Of a stretch of DNA of 64,000 nucleotides, positions 1 to 14,435 are shown piece after piece. Source of the DNA: the human T2T-CHM13v2.0 reference genome, Homo sapiens; assembly GCF_009914755.1 (NCBI RefSeq), contig NC_060936.1; one strand, 5' to 3'. Each line of letters starts with the position of its first letter. Within the stretch, counting starts at the first letter, position 1. Below the pieces are notes generated by a model, which had not been told where the DNA came from, did not search any database, and worked only from the letters and a program-made list of their open reading frames with translations. The translations under genes were made by a program, and so were the position numbers.

Positions 1-719
1 TGGCACCCAAGCCTCATTTAAGGTATTTCATGGCCAGAATGAGGAGTTTCTGCTTTCTTCATTCCCATCATAGTCTGACATGTGGTCCCCAGTCAAAACT
101 GAAAATGTATGAAGCAAATATATCTCTCAGCATCTGTCCTGAAATGATTTATTGTATCAAGTTAACAAGTCTCTCAAGCTCTTGCCAGACCAGTAATTAG
201 TTTTAGGGGAAGGCTGGGAAGCTGATACTCTGGCCTCTGACATAAAGCAGGTGCATTTCAGAACTAATGTCTCGCCTTAGAGACCCTGCCTTACCAAGAG
301 GCACAGGTGAGGTCCTCCCCCTGAAACCATGCCTCTGTTACTGGTCCTCAGACAGCAAACTGGACACTAGAGCAGGATTTTGGGACTAGATTTCTAATAT
401 CCCCAAGGCTCTGTGTGTCTCAGAGAACATATTCACAGTCTTCTCAGCCACCACTGAGCCACCATGCTATGCAAAGTTCATCCACTTTGGAAAACCCTTC
501 AGATTTCACAGACTCTTGTTATTGAGGCTCCTTCTCATATCTGGCTGATCTTCACAAGACAGTGGCAAACTGCAGTAGAAATGAGCAGTTGCCTTTTTAT
601 TTTTAATTTAATGGATCTTTTTTCTACATCAGAGGTCAAGTGTTTGCTGACATCGTGCCCAAATTTCAAGTACTCCACAAAGCAATATGGCGCCACAAAT
701 AACAACGTGGCCTCTTGAG

Positions 720-900
720 CCAGCCCGGCAACTTGGATTCACATCTTGGCTCTTCTGCGTGGAAGTCGCGCGGTTTCGCGCACATTAGTCAGTCTCCTTG
801 GCTCTTACATGAAAATGAGATGATAAGTAATAATAGTACCTTTGCTGAGGAGTGCTTGTGAGGATTAAGTGGGTTAGTATATGAGGGGTGCCCACCTGGA
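720..900 (+). mobile_element. MIR SINE fragment
   Basis: Degenerate MIR core: ...gaaaatgagatgataag...ttgtgaggattaagtgggttag... Confidence 0.55.
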
Positions 901-1025
901 GTGTTAGTTGTGTTTTCTATGGAACAAGGCCTCCTTAAGTTCTTCCTGACATTTTTTACACAGTGGTACAGAATATCTTGCATTATAATTGTGGCAGAGA
1001 CACAGCACTATTTTCCCTTGGTGGC

Positions 1026-1388
1026 TGATGTGATTTGGCTGTGTCCCCACCCAAATCTCACCTTGAATTGTAGCTCCCATAATCCCCACATGTCATGGGA
1101 GGGACCCGGTGGGAGGGAATTGAATCATGGGGCTGGGCTTTTCCCATGCTGTTCTCATGATAGTGAATAAGTCTCATGAGATCTGATTGTTGTATAAATG
1201 GCAGTTCCCCTGCACATGCTGTCTTACCTGCCACCATGTAAGATGTGACTTTGCTCCTCCTTTGCCTTCCACCATGATCATGAGGCCTCCCCAACCATGC
1301 TGAACTGAGAGTCAATTAAACCTCTGTCCTTCATAAATCATAAGTCTCGGGTATGTCTTTACTAGCAGCATGAGAATAGACTAATACA
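1026..1388 (+). mobile_element. THE1B-like solo LTR (ERVL-MaLR)
   Basis: Starts tgatgtgatttggctgtgtccccacccaaatctc and ends gactaataca. Perfect 5-bp TSD GTGGC at 1021-1025 and 1389-1393. Confidence 0.92.
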
Positions 1389-1871
1389 GTGGCACATGCC
1401 AACCACTGAGCTATACTGCCCTGCTGACTTTGATCCACTCCAAATTCCCACTGGAAGCTCTATCCTGTCCACCTCCCTCTTCCTTTCAGTGGCTGGTTGG
1501 CTCTGGCCTTTACTCCCACCCTCAGGGCAACCTGTAGGTAAAAGAGAGGGCAGTGCCCAGTCAGAGGGCACCTGGTGATTGACTATTCTTTGCTTTGACT
1601 ATTTATAAGCCAACACTAAAGGTCCTAGGCTTGTTGCAATTTGTCACTTTCCTAAGGTATATTCCCCCTTGTTCCTACTTTTGTTATTTTTATAATCTTG
1701 ATTTATTTGGGGGTAAAATGTAATACATTTACATAGTTCCAAACTCAAAAAGTATACAGACTTATATACAAATATCTACTTCTGCCTCCAGCCACCCAGT
1801 GCAAGCCCCCAGAGGTGATCAACATTTGCAGTTTAACACATACCTTTCCGAAAATATTTCATGCATATGCA

Positions 1872-1872
<1 letters not shown>

Positions 1873-1903
<31 letters not shown>

Positions 1904-1970
1904 GACACACACAGACACACACACAAACACATACACACACAAACACACACACAGACACACACACACACAC
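1873..1970. repeat. Interrupted (CA)n microsatellite
   Basis: About 100 bp of CA with CAGA/CAAA interruptions. Confidence 0.95.
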
Positions 1971-2650
1971 ATTTCCTCTCCCACTGCAACTTCAAACAAT
2001 TTTTTTTATCTAACAATATATCTTGTATTTTTTCCATGTTAGTACATAAAGTTCTTTATTCTTTTTTTCCAAACATCTGTATATTATGGCATATAGTGTA
2101 AATTATATAAACCAACCCCCATATGAACTGACATTTAGGTTATTCTCAGGTTTTTTGGGGTTTTTTTTGCCTGGAAGTACTGCTTTGAATAACCTTATGC
2201 AAAGACTGTTTTGTACTTCTGTGATCATATTCGTGAAATAAACTCCAGCAGTGGACTAGCTGAGTAAAATGGTGTGGGCATTTACACATTGCATATTAGC
2301 ATGTTACCCTGCACAGAGACGGCACCCATTCACACCACCACCATCTTTACCCACACGTTCCTCATAAGCTGTTTGATCCTTTGAGACTCATATTTTATGT
2401 ACTCAGAAATGACTTGGCTATTGAGTGGCCTGAGATTACCACTCACCGTGGAAATCGTGCTATGGATTTTTAGGATTTTGTGCCAGAGCCAGCCCCGTGA
2501 CTCCTGGGAAGCTCTAGCATGGTATTTGTGAGCCTGGGATCCACTGAGTCACTGGTGCATCCCCCTTGGATCTGCTGCAGGGACAGCTACTATGTATGAA
2601 CAGGGACCATGTGCAGGCTGTACCTTGTGTCTTCTCTAAATTCTCACTTA

Positions 2651-3023
<373 letters not shown>

Positions 3024-3545
3024 GTCAGATCAGGGAACTTCCTGTTGGCTCAATCTTTGCATTTCTTTCTGATAAATCCCCAAGCTTGGTTGTGGCCTGC
3101 AAGATCCTGAGTGATCTGGCCCCTGCCCACTCTGGACCTTACCCCATGCTTCTCCCATCACTTGCAACTCATCTCCCACAGTGGCCTTCCAGGAGACCTG
3201 ACCCTGATGAGCTAAGCGTGTTTCTACCCCAGGGCTCTTGGATCTGCCATTCCCTCTGATTGGACTCTTTGCATGACCAGATTATTCTAATTTCTACATC
3301 TTAGCTTAAATATTCTCCAAGAGGCTATCTGTGACCACCATGGTGATCACCTGCTTCATCTTATTTCTAGAACTCACCTGTATGGAATCACCTTGTTTCT
3401 TTGTTTGCCATCTGTCTCTCCATGAGAATGCAGATTTCACCATGGCAGGGAAGTGCCTATCGCCCTCACGTCTGTGTGTTTAGGGCTTAACTCAGTTCCT
3501 GGCACAGGGAAGGGATGGAAATATTTGCTGCATGAATACATGTAT
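3024..3545 (+). mobile_element. L2 LINE 3' fragment
   Basis: L2-like 3' end: ...catggcagggaag...cagttcctggcacag...aaatatttgctgcatgaat. Confidence 0.6.
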
Positions 3546-6500
3546 TGCTGAGTGAAAGATCTTTGTAACAATATGTTGAGTTATCTTGTCTCTAGTTTAC
3601 AGATGAAGAAATGGGATCAGAGAGCCCTCGTGTTGAGAGTATGAATGCTGAATGACTAGATAAATGAATGATGCTTGTCATGATATATTGAATTAGAGCC
3701 TGTTGTCCCACCGTACAGATAAAGGAAGAGGCTCAGACAGTCTCTATGTGCTGAAAGAAGGGCGCCCTAGGAGTCAATGATGGAGCCGCAAGGTTTTGGA
3801 AGGGAAATGCAAGCAAAAACCAAAGCTACTGTCATGCCCCATGGCTTCTTTCCTTCCCCCAGACCTCCCTGCCAGCTCTCCTCCTCTCAACAGCTGTGAT
3901 AAAGGCAGGGGGAGGATTTATTCTTCATGCAGTGAGGGATTTATGAAGCAAAGTTTTTATGTCAATGTTGTACTAGGCACTGCTGGACATATAGACATTT
4001 TGTTAAGATGTCATTCCAGTTGGCAAGAACTTCATGGCTTTGCCCAAGCTTGAAATTTGCTAATCATAAGGAAATATAGAGCTTCTTCATCTTTATTTTT
4101 TCATGCCAGGCTGCCTCTCAGAAATCAGAGACTTGCAGGGAGCAGGAAAGCTCAGGCTGTTCCCCTAAAAGCTTGAAAACGGAAGAGTCTTCACACGCTG
4201 CCTTCTGCATGCCTGTTAAACCCTCCCAGTTAGGGACCTCTGACTACAGCAGCCTGATTGGAAGGTCTTAGAGGAAGCACCTGAACTTCTGTATTTATAT
4301 TCATCAGTCAAATAATTATTAAGTGCCTTCTAAGCAGTGGGCATATTAGGGTTCATTAGGTCTGGACGATGACCGTGTGGACGTCATTGTTGGTTAGAAA
4401 AGATGCATGCCAAAAAGTATTCAGTTGCAACTATGGCAAATGCTATAAAGAAGAGGTGTGCAGTGTTAAGGAACCCACATAAAGAAGTGTATGACTTAGG
4501 ATATGGGCCAATTGCTTGCAAAAGAGACTTTGTTTAAAGTGGTATGAATTTCAAAAACGTAATTTTTTCTGTTCCATAGAGATCCAAAGTGGTTTGGTGC
4601 CTCTGCTCTGCAATGCCATCAGAAGCCCAGTCTCTTTTCTCCTGGCACTAGAGGCTGCCCTTGTTGATATGATTCAAGATGGTGTGCTAGTACTTGCAAG
4701 CCCAGCCAATGGGAGGATGGAGAGCGAGGGAGGGCAGTGGGGCAGAGAAGAGATGGGTGGGGTGTTGGGGGGAGTGATCCAGGAAGATACCGTCAACCAG
4801 TTAGACTATCCCAATAACCCCAAATAAGGATCCAATGCGCGTCTACCTTCCCACCACCATCTACCCCAAACTACAGCCTCCGCAAAACTGGAAACCGCAT
4901 CTCTCTCTCCTCTGTCACTTTGCACAAGCCCATGTGGCTTGGCGCCAAGCATTCTGAAATGACACCCAAGCCTCTTAAGTTGGCAAAATATTTGAGGTTG
5001 TGGTTCAGGAGAAAACGTAGCAACACCTATTTTTTAAAAGCGGTACGAAAAGAGACAGTCTCTTAACATAGAGAGATTATCTTAATAACTTTAAATTGGC
5101 CCTTCAGACCTCTTACTTCTTTTCTCAAAGACATCATGACAGGTTGTTCCATAAGGCTGTTCTCCATGCCTTTCCTGGGTAACCTAATAAGTTTTTTTTC
5201 TTTCTGTTTTCAGCATCACATTAATTCTTCATAAGTGGTCCTTATTATTCCCTGCTTGTTCCATCTCCAATGCAGTATTTTCTCACCAGGGGTGTGTAAA
5301 CTAGGCCGGCTAAATGGCAAAGACGCCTCATTCATCATGTCTTTAATTTCCCCACCTTAGAAGGAAGCACTGCAGCTTAAGTGTAGGATGAAAGCAAATC
5401 ACCTTAATACTTCACCGGCTGCCTGGGCTGAGGCTCTGCATGCCTCGCCTTCCTCCCGTGGAGCAGACAAGGGCAAGCGACCATCTTAAAACCACAGTGG
5501 TCACCCCTGTAACCATGGTGGGTGTAGATTGAGTAGGATAAAGGGATCAGCTTCTGTGACAGCAGCCCCCAAATCCCTGGTTCATCAAGATAGAGCAGAT
5601 TTCTCTCTTGTTTGTGTGTTTGAGTTCTTGTAGCAGCTTCCACTCTGCAAAGGTGGCAGGTACCCAGACTCCTGCCAGCTTGTGGCTCCATCACCCCAAA
5701 ATGTTGCTACAGTCAGTGCAATCCAAGATAGCTCATCACCACCATGAACTCCAGCCAGGGAGAGGGACAAAGGGTAAGCCAGGAGCCTGCTGCCTTCTTT
5801 TAAGTGCAGGACCCAGAAGCTCTTGACCCAGAAGCTCTGTGTCATGTCCCATGACAGAACAGACATACCAGCTGTGCCTAGCTGCAAGGGAAGCAAGGAA
5901 ATGTCATCTTGTATCCTGGTGAACCATGTGCCATGCCCAAAGGGCACAGAGGAAGAAGGGGACAGCTGATAGTCTCTACTCAAATTCAAGTACAAATCTG
6001 AAAATACTCAGAGAATGAATGTTGAAAGAAATCCAACATGAGTCCTCTGAAGTAGAGGAACTTCTGGGAGTCAGACAGGAGGTCCAGAGCCTTGGCAGGT
6101 CCTGGAGGCCATTCTGGAAGGAGGTCATCTGGACAGCAAGGTGAGGGCTCAACTGCAAAGGACAGAAGTGGGCTTGTAAAAGTTTTCAATCACATGAGCA
6201 AGAACCAGCACAACACAGAGGGCTGCTCGGCAGAAAGAGAGACTTTAATATTTAAGGCGACCATTGCCACAAGCCAAGGACTCCTGTTTGCTCCTTGGAG
6301 TGATAATGATAATGATGATACAATCATCTAATGTCCCCCATTAGTAGAGCTGCTGCTGTTATCCTAGCACTGTGCCATGCGCTCTCGGGCAAGTCTGGGT
6401 CTGATGTGATTGAATTTGGGCAGTGTACATTCCCGGAAGAATGACTCTTCAGACCTCAGATTTCTCACACATAAAATGGGGATCTCATAAGATTGTTATG

Positions 6501-6580
6501 GGGATGACAAGTAATGTAAAAATGTGACAAGCTTAGAACTGTGCTTGACGCTTAGCAAATCCTCAATAAATATTATCTCT

Positions 6581-7085
6581 TGTCTTAGTTCATTTGGGCT
6601 GCTCAAACAAAAATACCACAGATTGGTCGGCTTAACCCATTTATGCCTGAGGTTGCAATTTTTTGAATTTTTGCACTCAGACCTTGGCGATGACCTTGAG
6701 CAATAGGATGTAAATAACTCCCACATGCTTAGTGTTCCAATAATGGAACACTAGGCATAAATGGCTAAACCTTTATTTCTCAAAGTTCTGGAGGCTGTGA
6801 AGCCCAAGATAAAGGCATAAAGGCACCGCAGACCTGTTGTCTGAGGAGGGCTGCTTCTGGGATTGCAGTAGGCTGCTGTCTCCTTGCGCCTCACATGGCA
6901 GAGAGAGCATTCCGGGCTCTTTATCTCCTCATAAGGACGTGAGTCCTATTGTGGAGGCTCTATGCTCAAGATCTCATCTAAACTTAACTCAGCTCTGAAA
7001 GGCCTCACCTCTCAGTACAATTGCATTGGGGGTTAGGGTTTCAACATATGAATTTTAGGGGGGCACAGATATGCGGGTCACAACA
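6581..7085 (-). mobile_element. MLT1A/MST-type MaLR LTR, interrupted by MER85
   Basis: tgtcttagttcatttgggctgct...aaataccacagattgg...tttatttctcaaagttctggaggctg...gggttagggtttcaacatatgaatttt is the typical reverse-strand MaLR LTR. Confidence 0.8.
6636..6765 (+). mobile_element. MER85 piggyBac (PGBD3-derived) MITE
   Basis: TTAA at 6632-6635, left TIR cccatttatgcct, right TIR aggcataaatgg(c), internal palindrome gttccaataatggaac. About 130 bp and near-identical to the recalled MER85 consensus. Confidence 0.93.
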
Positions 7086-7612
7086 CCTTTGTGTTGAGAA
7101 ATAGTAATTATTATTTCTCACGGCTTTGCAGTCAGTGAGGAGAGGCTTCAGCCATCACAGCATCATCTCCAGCAGTGCCCCGCAAGCCAGCATGAGATTC
7201 AAGTACAAACTGTGCCGCCTGGCCTGGGGAGCGTCAAGGCCAGCACTGTCCAGCAGTGCTTTATGCCCACCCCGTGCTGCTTCTTTGCAGGAATTCCAGT
7301 TCAACCATGATGTTTTCTGATTCTTACATCAACCCTGAGATATGGGTACGATGGGTCCCATATTCCAGAAAACAATGTAAGTGCAGTGACGGGGTTGAGA
7401 GATAACATCTGCCATTTAAAATCAGTTCTGCCACTTACATCTCGTACAACTCAGGGAAGACACTTCTCTGGGCCTCAGTTTCCTTATCTCTAAAAGGGAA
7501 CTTGTATTTCTCACCTCATGAGATTGCCCTCAAGAGCAAATAATTTGACAAGTGCCACATGCTTGGCCCAAAATGAGAGCTGCTGATATTAGGAAAGCCA
7601 GGGATTCTTGTT

Positions 7613-8228
7613 TGTGGGAGGCAGCTTCTGACATGGTCTCCAGGGATCCCCCCTTCCTGGTAGTCATGCCTTTAAACAATCCTGTCCTCTTCCACGGGCT
7701 AGACTGGCAATGTTTTTAACCAATATTATGGGATATTGTTATGGAGAATGGTCTGAGAAAGATAATAATTATTATAACTAATTAACAAAAATATTATGGG
7801 ATATCTAACTAACCAATAGTGATATGCCACTCCCATGATTAGGTGGCAAAGCCTGGGGTTTATGTGTTGCTAGCAGACTCCATTGTCTTCTTGGCCTGTG
7901 TGCTGGCAGAGCCCGCCTGGCAGAGAACTGAAGGTGGTCTGTAGCCAACAGTCAACAAGGAACTGAAGCTGCCAGCCCAATAGCCCATGGTGAGCAGAAT
8001 TCTCTCAACAACGACATGATCTTGGAAGCAGATCCTTCTCCAACTATGCCTTCATATAAGACCCCGGCCTCTCCTACCACCTGGATTTCAGCCTTGAGAG
8101 ACCCTGAGGCAGAGGACAGAACTAAGCTTTTCAGGATTCTTAAGCCACAGAAACTTTGAGATGATAAATGTGAGTTGTTTTAAACCACAGATTTTAGGGT
8201 AAACTTTCGCAGCAATGCATAACTCACA
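7613..8228 (+). mobile_element. MLT1 (F/G/H-type) LTR
   Basis: tgtgggaggcagcttctgacatgg...cttggaagcagatccttctcca...ccacagaaactttgagatgataaatgtgagttgttttaaacc. Confidence 0.7.
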
Positions 8229-8644
8229 GTGTTCTTACAGATGACCTAGAATTGCTTGTATAAACTCTTGGTATTAAAAAATAGTCAATAGGAAAATGTA
8301 AATATAAGAAGTTCTTCATGTCTTTATGGAACTTTATAATTTGCAAAAAGCATCTCCATGGATATCATTTCATTTGATCATCACAATAAACCTTTGAGAG
8401 CTGGACGGGGTAGTGGGAATTCATGTCACAGGTGAAGAAACTGATATTTAAGGGCATTAAAAGTAACTCATCCAAAACCACCTAGCAGAGTAGAAGAAAC
8501 AAATGGTATTCTATCTCCAGAATGCTATATTCTTTCCAAGAAATTCACCATCTATTTGGGGATCCCTTTTTCCAAAATTCAGCATAAATTCCATAGTTTG
8601 ACTCTTAAGAACTGCATGAAGGTCAGTAACATAATATAATCTAA

Positions 8645-8965
<321 letters not shown>

Positions 8966-10084
8966 AAAAAAAAAAAAAAAAAAGTTTTAATCAATAGCTG
9001 TCTCTGAGCTTTCAGAGTCCCTTGCATTCTAGGCTTTCAGATTAAAGAATGCTACTAAAGAGGATAACATGAGGATGAACATAGGTCTAATATAGAAAAA
9101 AAATGATTGACATTTTGTGTGCATATTTCTGAAACCTATATTGTTTGGGGGAGGTTTTCCTAAAGAACCTATTGACTTTTTGGACCTGAGAATGTTATTT
9201 CTTTGCTCGTTTTATTTAAATGTATTGGGTTGGTTCAACCATTACCTGAAAATGTGAAACATTGTGTTTGGCCCTATATTGATTGCAGCCACACCATAGA
9301 GGGAAAGATCCTGGCTGTTGGTATTTGCTTTGTTTGTTTCTAGAGCATATCAAACTGACATAAAACGCCCATGAAATTACTTCTGAGTTTGAATGGCAGA
9401 GTGACGCCATCCTTACATGAGATTGATCTCTTTGATTGAATCTTCCATCAGAGGAGTAATGGGTGGATAAATAGCCACATTCCCAGCTGCACTGCCACAT
9501 CACGTAGTTCGTACTGTATGGTGCCTCAGAGCTTAGACTCAGAAAAGACTGCCAGGGTTCGGGTTCCAACATTCAACTTAGTAACTGAAATTTAACAAGT
9601 TACTAAACTCTATGTCTAGGTTTCCTCGTCTTTAAAATAGTGATGACATTAATAGCATCCACCACCTACAGTTACTTTGAAAATTAAATTAATGTGCTTC
9701 TAAAGGCTCCTGGGAAACATGAAGCATTATCATTGTGCTTAATGTTGGTATAGTTGTGGTTATTGTGTTGCTTTTAGATGTTTCAGGGATCCTCACTTCT
9801 AGAAACTTGGGAACAAAATACCAAAGGGATGCATCATTTTGAAGAGCAAATTCAGCTTATTGACCCTTTAGAAAACATCCCAACCCACTTTCAAGTTTTC
9901 CAGGACCACTCAAGGATAGCCAGTCTTCTAAGACCCCATCCAAATCAGAACATCATAATGTCTCCTTCAAGGAGTGTTTCACACAGACCTATCTTTATCC
10001 AAAAAGGCTGTTTCAATGCAAGAGAAAGAAGTGCCAACCCAAACTCAATTGAAAAAAAGAACCTAGCAAACTAGGAGTAAGCTT

Positions 10085-10204
10085 GAATTCTACACAAGGG
10101 GATTTAGTAGTTCAATGTATGTCACCCGATGACTGTAGTTAATAATACTGTGTTGTTTACTTTGAAAGTTGCTAAGAGAGATCATAAGTGTCCACATACC
10201 CATA

Positions 10205-10253
<49 letters not shown>

Positions 10254-10390
10254 CTGGTAACTATGGAAAGTGATAGAGGTGACTACGGTAATCGTTTCAC
10301 AGTGAGTATGTATATCCAGTCATCATGTTGTATGCCTTGAATTAATATAATTTGTCTTTGTCAATTATATCTCTATAAAGCTGAGGAAAA
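10085..10390 (+). mobile_element. Old L1 (L1MA/L1MB) 3' UTR fragment containing a CA repeat
   Basis: atgactgtagttaataatactgtgttg...ttgctaagagag...catcatgttgtatgccttga...tgtcaattatatctctataaagctg. Confidence 0.7.
10206..10252. repeat. Perfect (AC)~23 microsatellite
   Basis: Uninterrupted AC run. Confidence 0.97.
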
Positions 10391-11234
10391 GAATATGTCA
10401 CTAGAAAGTGGCCTCCTCCACTTTAAGGTGTTTTGATTTCTTTCTGCTCTCCTCCACTGGAGTCATTCTCATGCTTCACGTGGCAGGATGATAGGCATAT
10501 CGTCTCCACCCCACTGACCTTTCCAAGCTCGAGTCCAGCAGGGCAGAAAGCAGCTCTGTTCCTGTGGCCATGCCAGAGTTCTGACGACCAGTCTGATGTG
10601 AAGGTTCTAGGCTACAATGCCTGTCTCTGAACAAGATCCAATGCCTTGTGCATGGGCTGTGCTGATTCGATTTGCTAAGCCTGTGCCATGTGCTGCACCG
10701 TGGGAGCCCCATCTCAGCCACGTGGCCTAGAGATAGAGATGAAAGGACCCCCTAAGTTACATGACGCAGGAGCCAATGTCCATTACACAGCCCTTCCTGA
10801 GGGGTGGACCTCATGCAGAGACATTTACTGCTGGCCTCCTCCACAGTGCCTCGGTGTGCAGAATGGGTTTGTGATTTAGGGAACAAATGATGCCAGGAGT
10901 ACATTTACTAAACAGTGTGATTGCTTCGTTTCTTTTCAAAAACACCTCTTAACAATGTCATCTTGCCATTAAAGAAGGGAGCAGTTCTCTCTTACTTACA
11001 GACCAAACGCTTTTCATGGTGCCCCTTAATGATGAAGACCTTCAGGGGCAGCCAGAGGATATGAAACTGGAAAAAAGAATCATAGATTTTCATAGCAGCA
11101 AGGATGCATTCTCCTGGCTTCACTCCAACAGCTTTATTATTTATGCTCATACCTTGTTCCACAAAGGATTTTAGACAATTTACAATACTGTCTCCAATAT
11201 AGGAAGCCAAAACACATTTCAAATAAATAATCAT

Positions 11235-11458
11235 AGCAAATACTTACCCTGTACTTGCCGTGGACTGGGCATTATTCTAAGCACTTTATGCAGACTTATT
11301 TAATCTCCACATCCCTACGAGGTGGGTGTGGTTATCAGCTCTGGTTTACAGATGCTGAAACTGAAGCCCAGAGCGTTTAAGAAATGCTCCAAGGTCACAC
11401 AGCTGGCAAGTGGCAGAGTGGGGATTTCAACTAGCTCAGAATCTATGTTCTTAACCTC
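11235..11458 (-). mobile_element. MIR SINE
   Basis: tttacagatgctgaaactgaagcccagag...aaggtcacacagctggcaagtggcagag, the reverse MIR core. Confidence 0.8.
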
Positions 11459-11679
11459 TCCTGATACTGACAAGGAGAGAATGAAGGTGGGAAAGTGAGG
11501 TGAAGCCAGGTGTGAGGTGGACGCACAAAACAGGCGTCATGAAACCCCGAGCCCCGTGTCCCTCAGCTTTCTACTAACAAGATCCAAAGTGCCCATCTCT
11601 CAGAAACAATCTGCCCAGTGAAAACCACAGTCAATGTGAAGCCAGAAAAGGATTGTTACCATGGGTTCTTTATGCAATC

Positions 11680-12080
11680 TTTACTTCATTTAAAAATATT
11701 TACTGAGATCCTTCTCTGCGCTGGGCACTCACTCTTCTAGGACTGAGTGACGGAAGAGACTGAGACCCTGCTCTCTCATGGCTTTTAATCTAGAGAGGAG
11801 AGGACACAGGTAGACATGTGACCTGCCAGTTGAGGACACATTCCATGAGAGATACTGAAGCAGGTGAGCGGGGGCGTGCTGAGTTGGAGCGGTCAACCCA
11901 GTTCTCTGAGGAGGTGATGTTTGACACTGGAATAGGAAGGGTGTGAGCACAGGCAGAGGGCACAGTGAGCTGAGTTTGGGACCGAATTGGGAGTCTCCAC
12001 AGTGTCCAGCAGGGCTGGAGCAGGCCCCCTGAGGGGATAAGGTGGTGGTTAAGGTCAGAGAGAGAAGCAGGGGCCAGTTA
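11680..12080 (-). mobile_element. L2 fragment
   Basis: atatttactgag...ctgggcact...ccctgctctcatgg...ctctgaggaggtgatgtttgac. Confidence 0.55.
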
Positions 12081-14154
12081 TGATTTTTTTAATCAGGACA
12101 AACATATCTGGGTCTGACAGGCCTTCTTCGGTCTCCTTCCTGCAGCAAAAATCAGGCCCAAGTATATTTTTTACTCTGCCTTTCTTACAAAGACAGATGT
12201 TAAAAGCACTAATGAGCTCTTAAATGGTGAAAAAAGAAAAAGTCTTTCACCTACTACAGCAAATATATACATAGTGGACAGATTTTTTAACCAAGGAGTG
12301 AAGAGTAGAGGAAGGGAGGGGAGGGGAAGAAAGTAAAAGAAAAGAAAGCACAATTTACATTTTCCATTTATACCATCAGCTTTTTATTAACCAGGTGACA
12401 TGAAGACAGAGCCCACACTAGAGCGGCTTGTGGAGAGAGTAGTAAAACCTGACAGGTAATTTGGTAAATCAAGACAGTCAGCAAACATCTGTTGAGGATG
12501 ATAATATTCAAGGGGTTGCATTGGTTCTGTGAAAACTTAGCCACACTGGGCTTGGATTAATTTTTCATTGTCTCCAGTTAAATGAGGATTGCTTACACAG
12601 CTGCCTCAGATAGAGCCCTGATCGCATTCCATCTTTTGCCAAAATCACAAAATACTGAAAAAGAAGAAATTAAATAAAATAAAAAACCAACCTCAGATAC
12701 ATTGAAGTCTCTTCTGGTCTCCAAGCCCCTGGATTCTTTCTTTCTTCACTATATTTTCTTTGATCACTTTCGATGCTCTTTTATTATCATTGCCGTTAAC
12801 GTGAGAAGTGAAAGGAGAGATGGAGAATAAACACTGTCCATATTAGGAAAAATATGAAAAAGCATATAACCCACCGTGAATACAACTGGGGTTATCTTCT
12901 CGTCTTAGGCTCCTTAGCACCAGAGAGGAGTGGAAAGGTGAAAGAAAGAAAATTCAAGGGCTGAAAAATATCTACACCTCCCCACCCCCGCACCCCCCAC
13001 ACACTCACACTGTGGTCACATTGAGAAAAGATGCAAGACGCATTCTGACACTTAGGTGAAGCACAGCCACTGGGGATGTGCTTTCTCTTGTCAGTTTCTT
13101 TTCCAAGTAATTCACAACACGTGAGTGCATTCATGGGCCTTTACAAATCTTGTTTTGACATGCACGTCAGAGAAAAACTGCTCTGATGAATGGGTCTTGG
13201 GTTAGACTTCATTCCAGAATTTGCTTGGTTTTGCCTTCTTTTTTACGTGTCACTCCCCTAATGGGTGTTTTTACTGATGCCATGAACAGAAACTAGATTG
13301 CAGAGGCCTAACGAAACACGGCTTTTTTTTTTCCTTTGACTCAGCATGAAGTTCAGAGGCTAGGGTTAGGCTGTGGCTGGCTCAGTGTCTCCACAACGCC
13401 AGGGGACCCAGGCTCCTTTTCTCTTTCTGCTCTGCCATCTATGGCATGTGGTGGCTTTTCTCATGCTCACAGGATGACAGCTATACCCACAGGCATCTTA
13501 TTGTGTTCCAGGTAGAGCAAATGGAGGAAGATGTATGGCTAAGGCAATAAGTAGGTGAAGGCTGGCGCTGTTTGCCTCTTTGGATAAGAAAAACAATAGC
13601 TTCCTTGCAAGTTCAGCCAGTAGACATCTGCTTATATCTCATGGCTGAATGGGACCCGTAGAGCCACTCCTAGCAATAAGGAAGTCTGGGGAAGTTACTA
13701 TTTTCACTTTGGCACGTTACCACCCTGAAAAGATCAGGGCTTTGTTAGCAAGAAAGAAGAAAAGGATGGATGTCAGGGAAGCAACCAACAGTGGCTGGCC
13801 CAGGAGACAGGAGGGACATGCTTTCTTTGGGCTTTTGGATGTAGTCATGTGGAGGTTTAATGGCTTGGAGTTGCTCTAGCTACCTTGAAACTATACCAGA
13901 CAAGGCCAAAAAAATAAAAAGCCAGTGTTCTGAGGATGGTAGAACAGAAACTTGGAAACTTTCTGTGTCCTTGATGACATTGCGGAGTCACCGAATTAAC
14001 CAACCCTTATTGCCTGCCTTCTACCCTTTTTTATTTGCTGAAAAGGTACATCTCACTATCATTTAATCCAGTCTGAGTTTAGGTTTCTAGAGTGTTCAGT
14101 CAAAATATTGTAACTGACACAGTCTTCTACAAAGGAGAATGTTTTTTAATGAAT

Positions 14155-14435
14155 ATTTTTATTGTGGTAAAATATACATAACATAAAATTGACCATTTTA
14201 ACCACATTTAAGCATACAGTTCAGTGACATCAAATACAATGAAACTGTTGAGCAACCATCACCACCATCCACCTCCAAAATGTTGTTTTATCTTCAACGG
14301 AAGCTCCGTACCCATTAAACACTAATTCCCCACTCCCCCTCCCCGCAGCCCCTGGTAATGGTTCTATTTTCTGTCTCTATGAATTTGACTCATCTAAGCA
14401 CCTCGTGTAAGAGGAATCACACAGTGTTTGTCCTT
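14155..14435 (-). mobile_element. L1MB 3' end fragment
   Basis: ttttattgtggtaaaatatacataacataaaattgaccattttaacc...tctgtctctatgaatttgact. Confidence 0.8.

Noticed and set aside
9760-10074. Possible exon: gttgcttttAG followed by a 98-aa ORF
   Set aside because: No recognisable TMEM132 or other protein similarity, a weak pyrimidine tract and no convincing donor.
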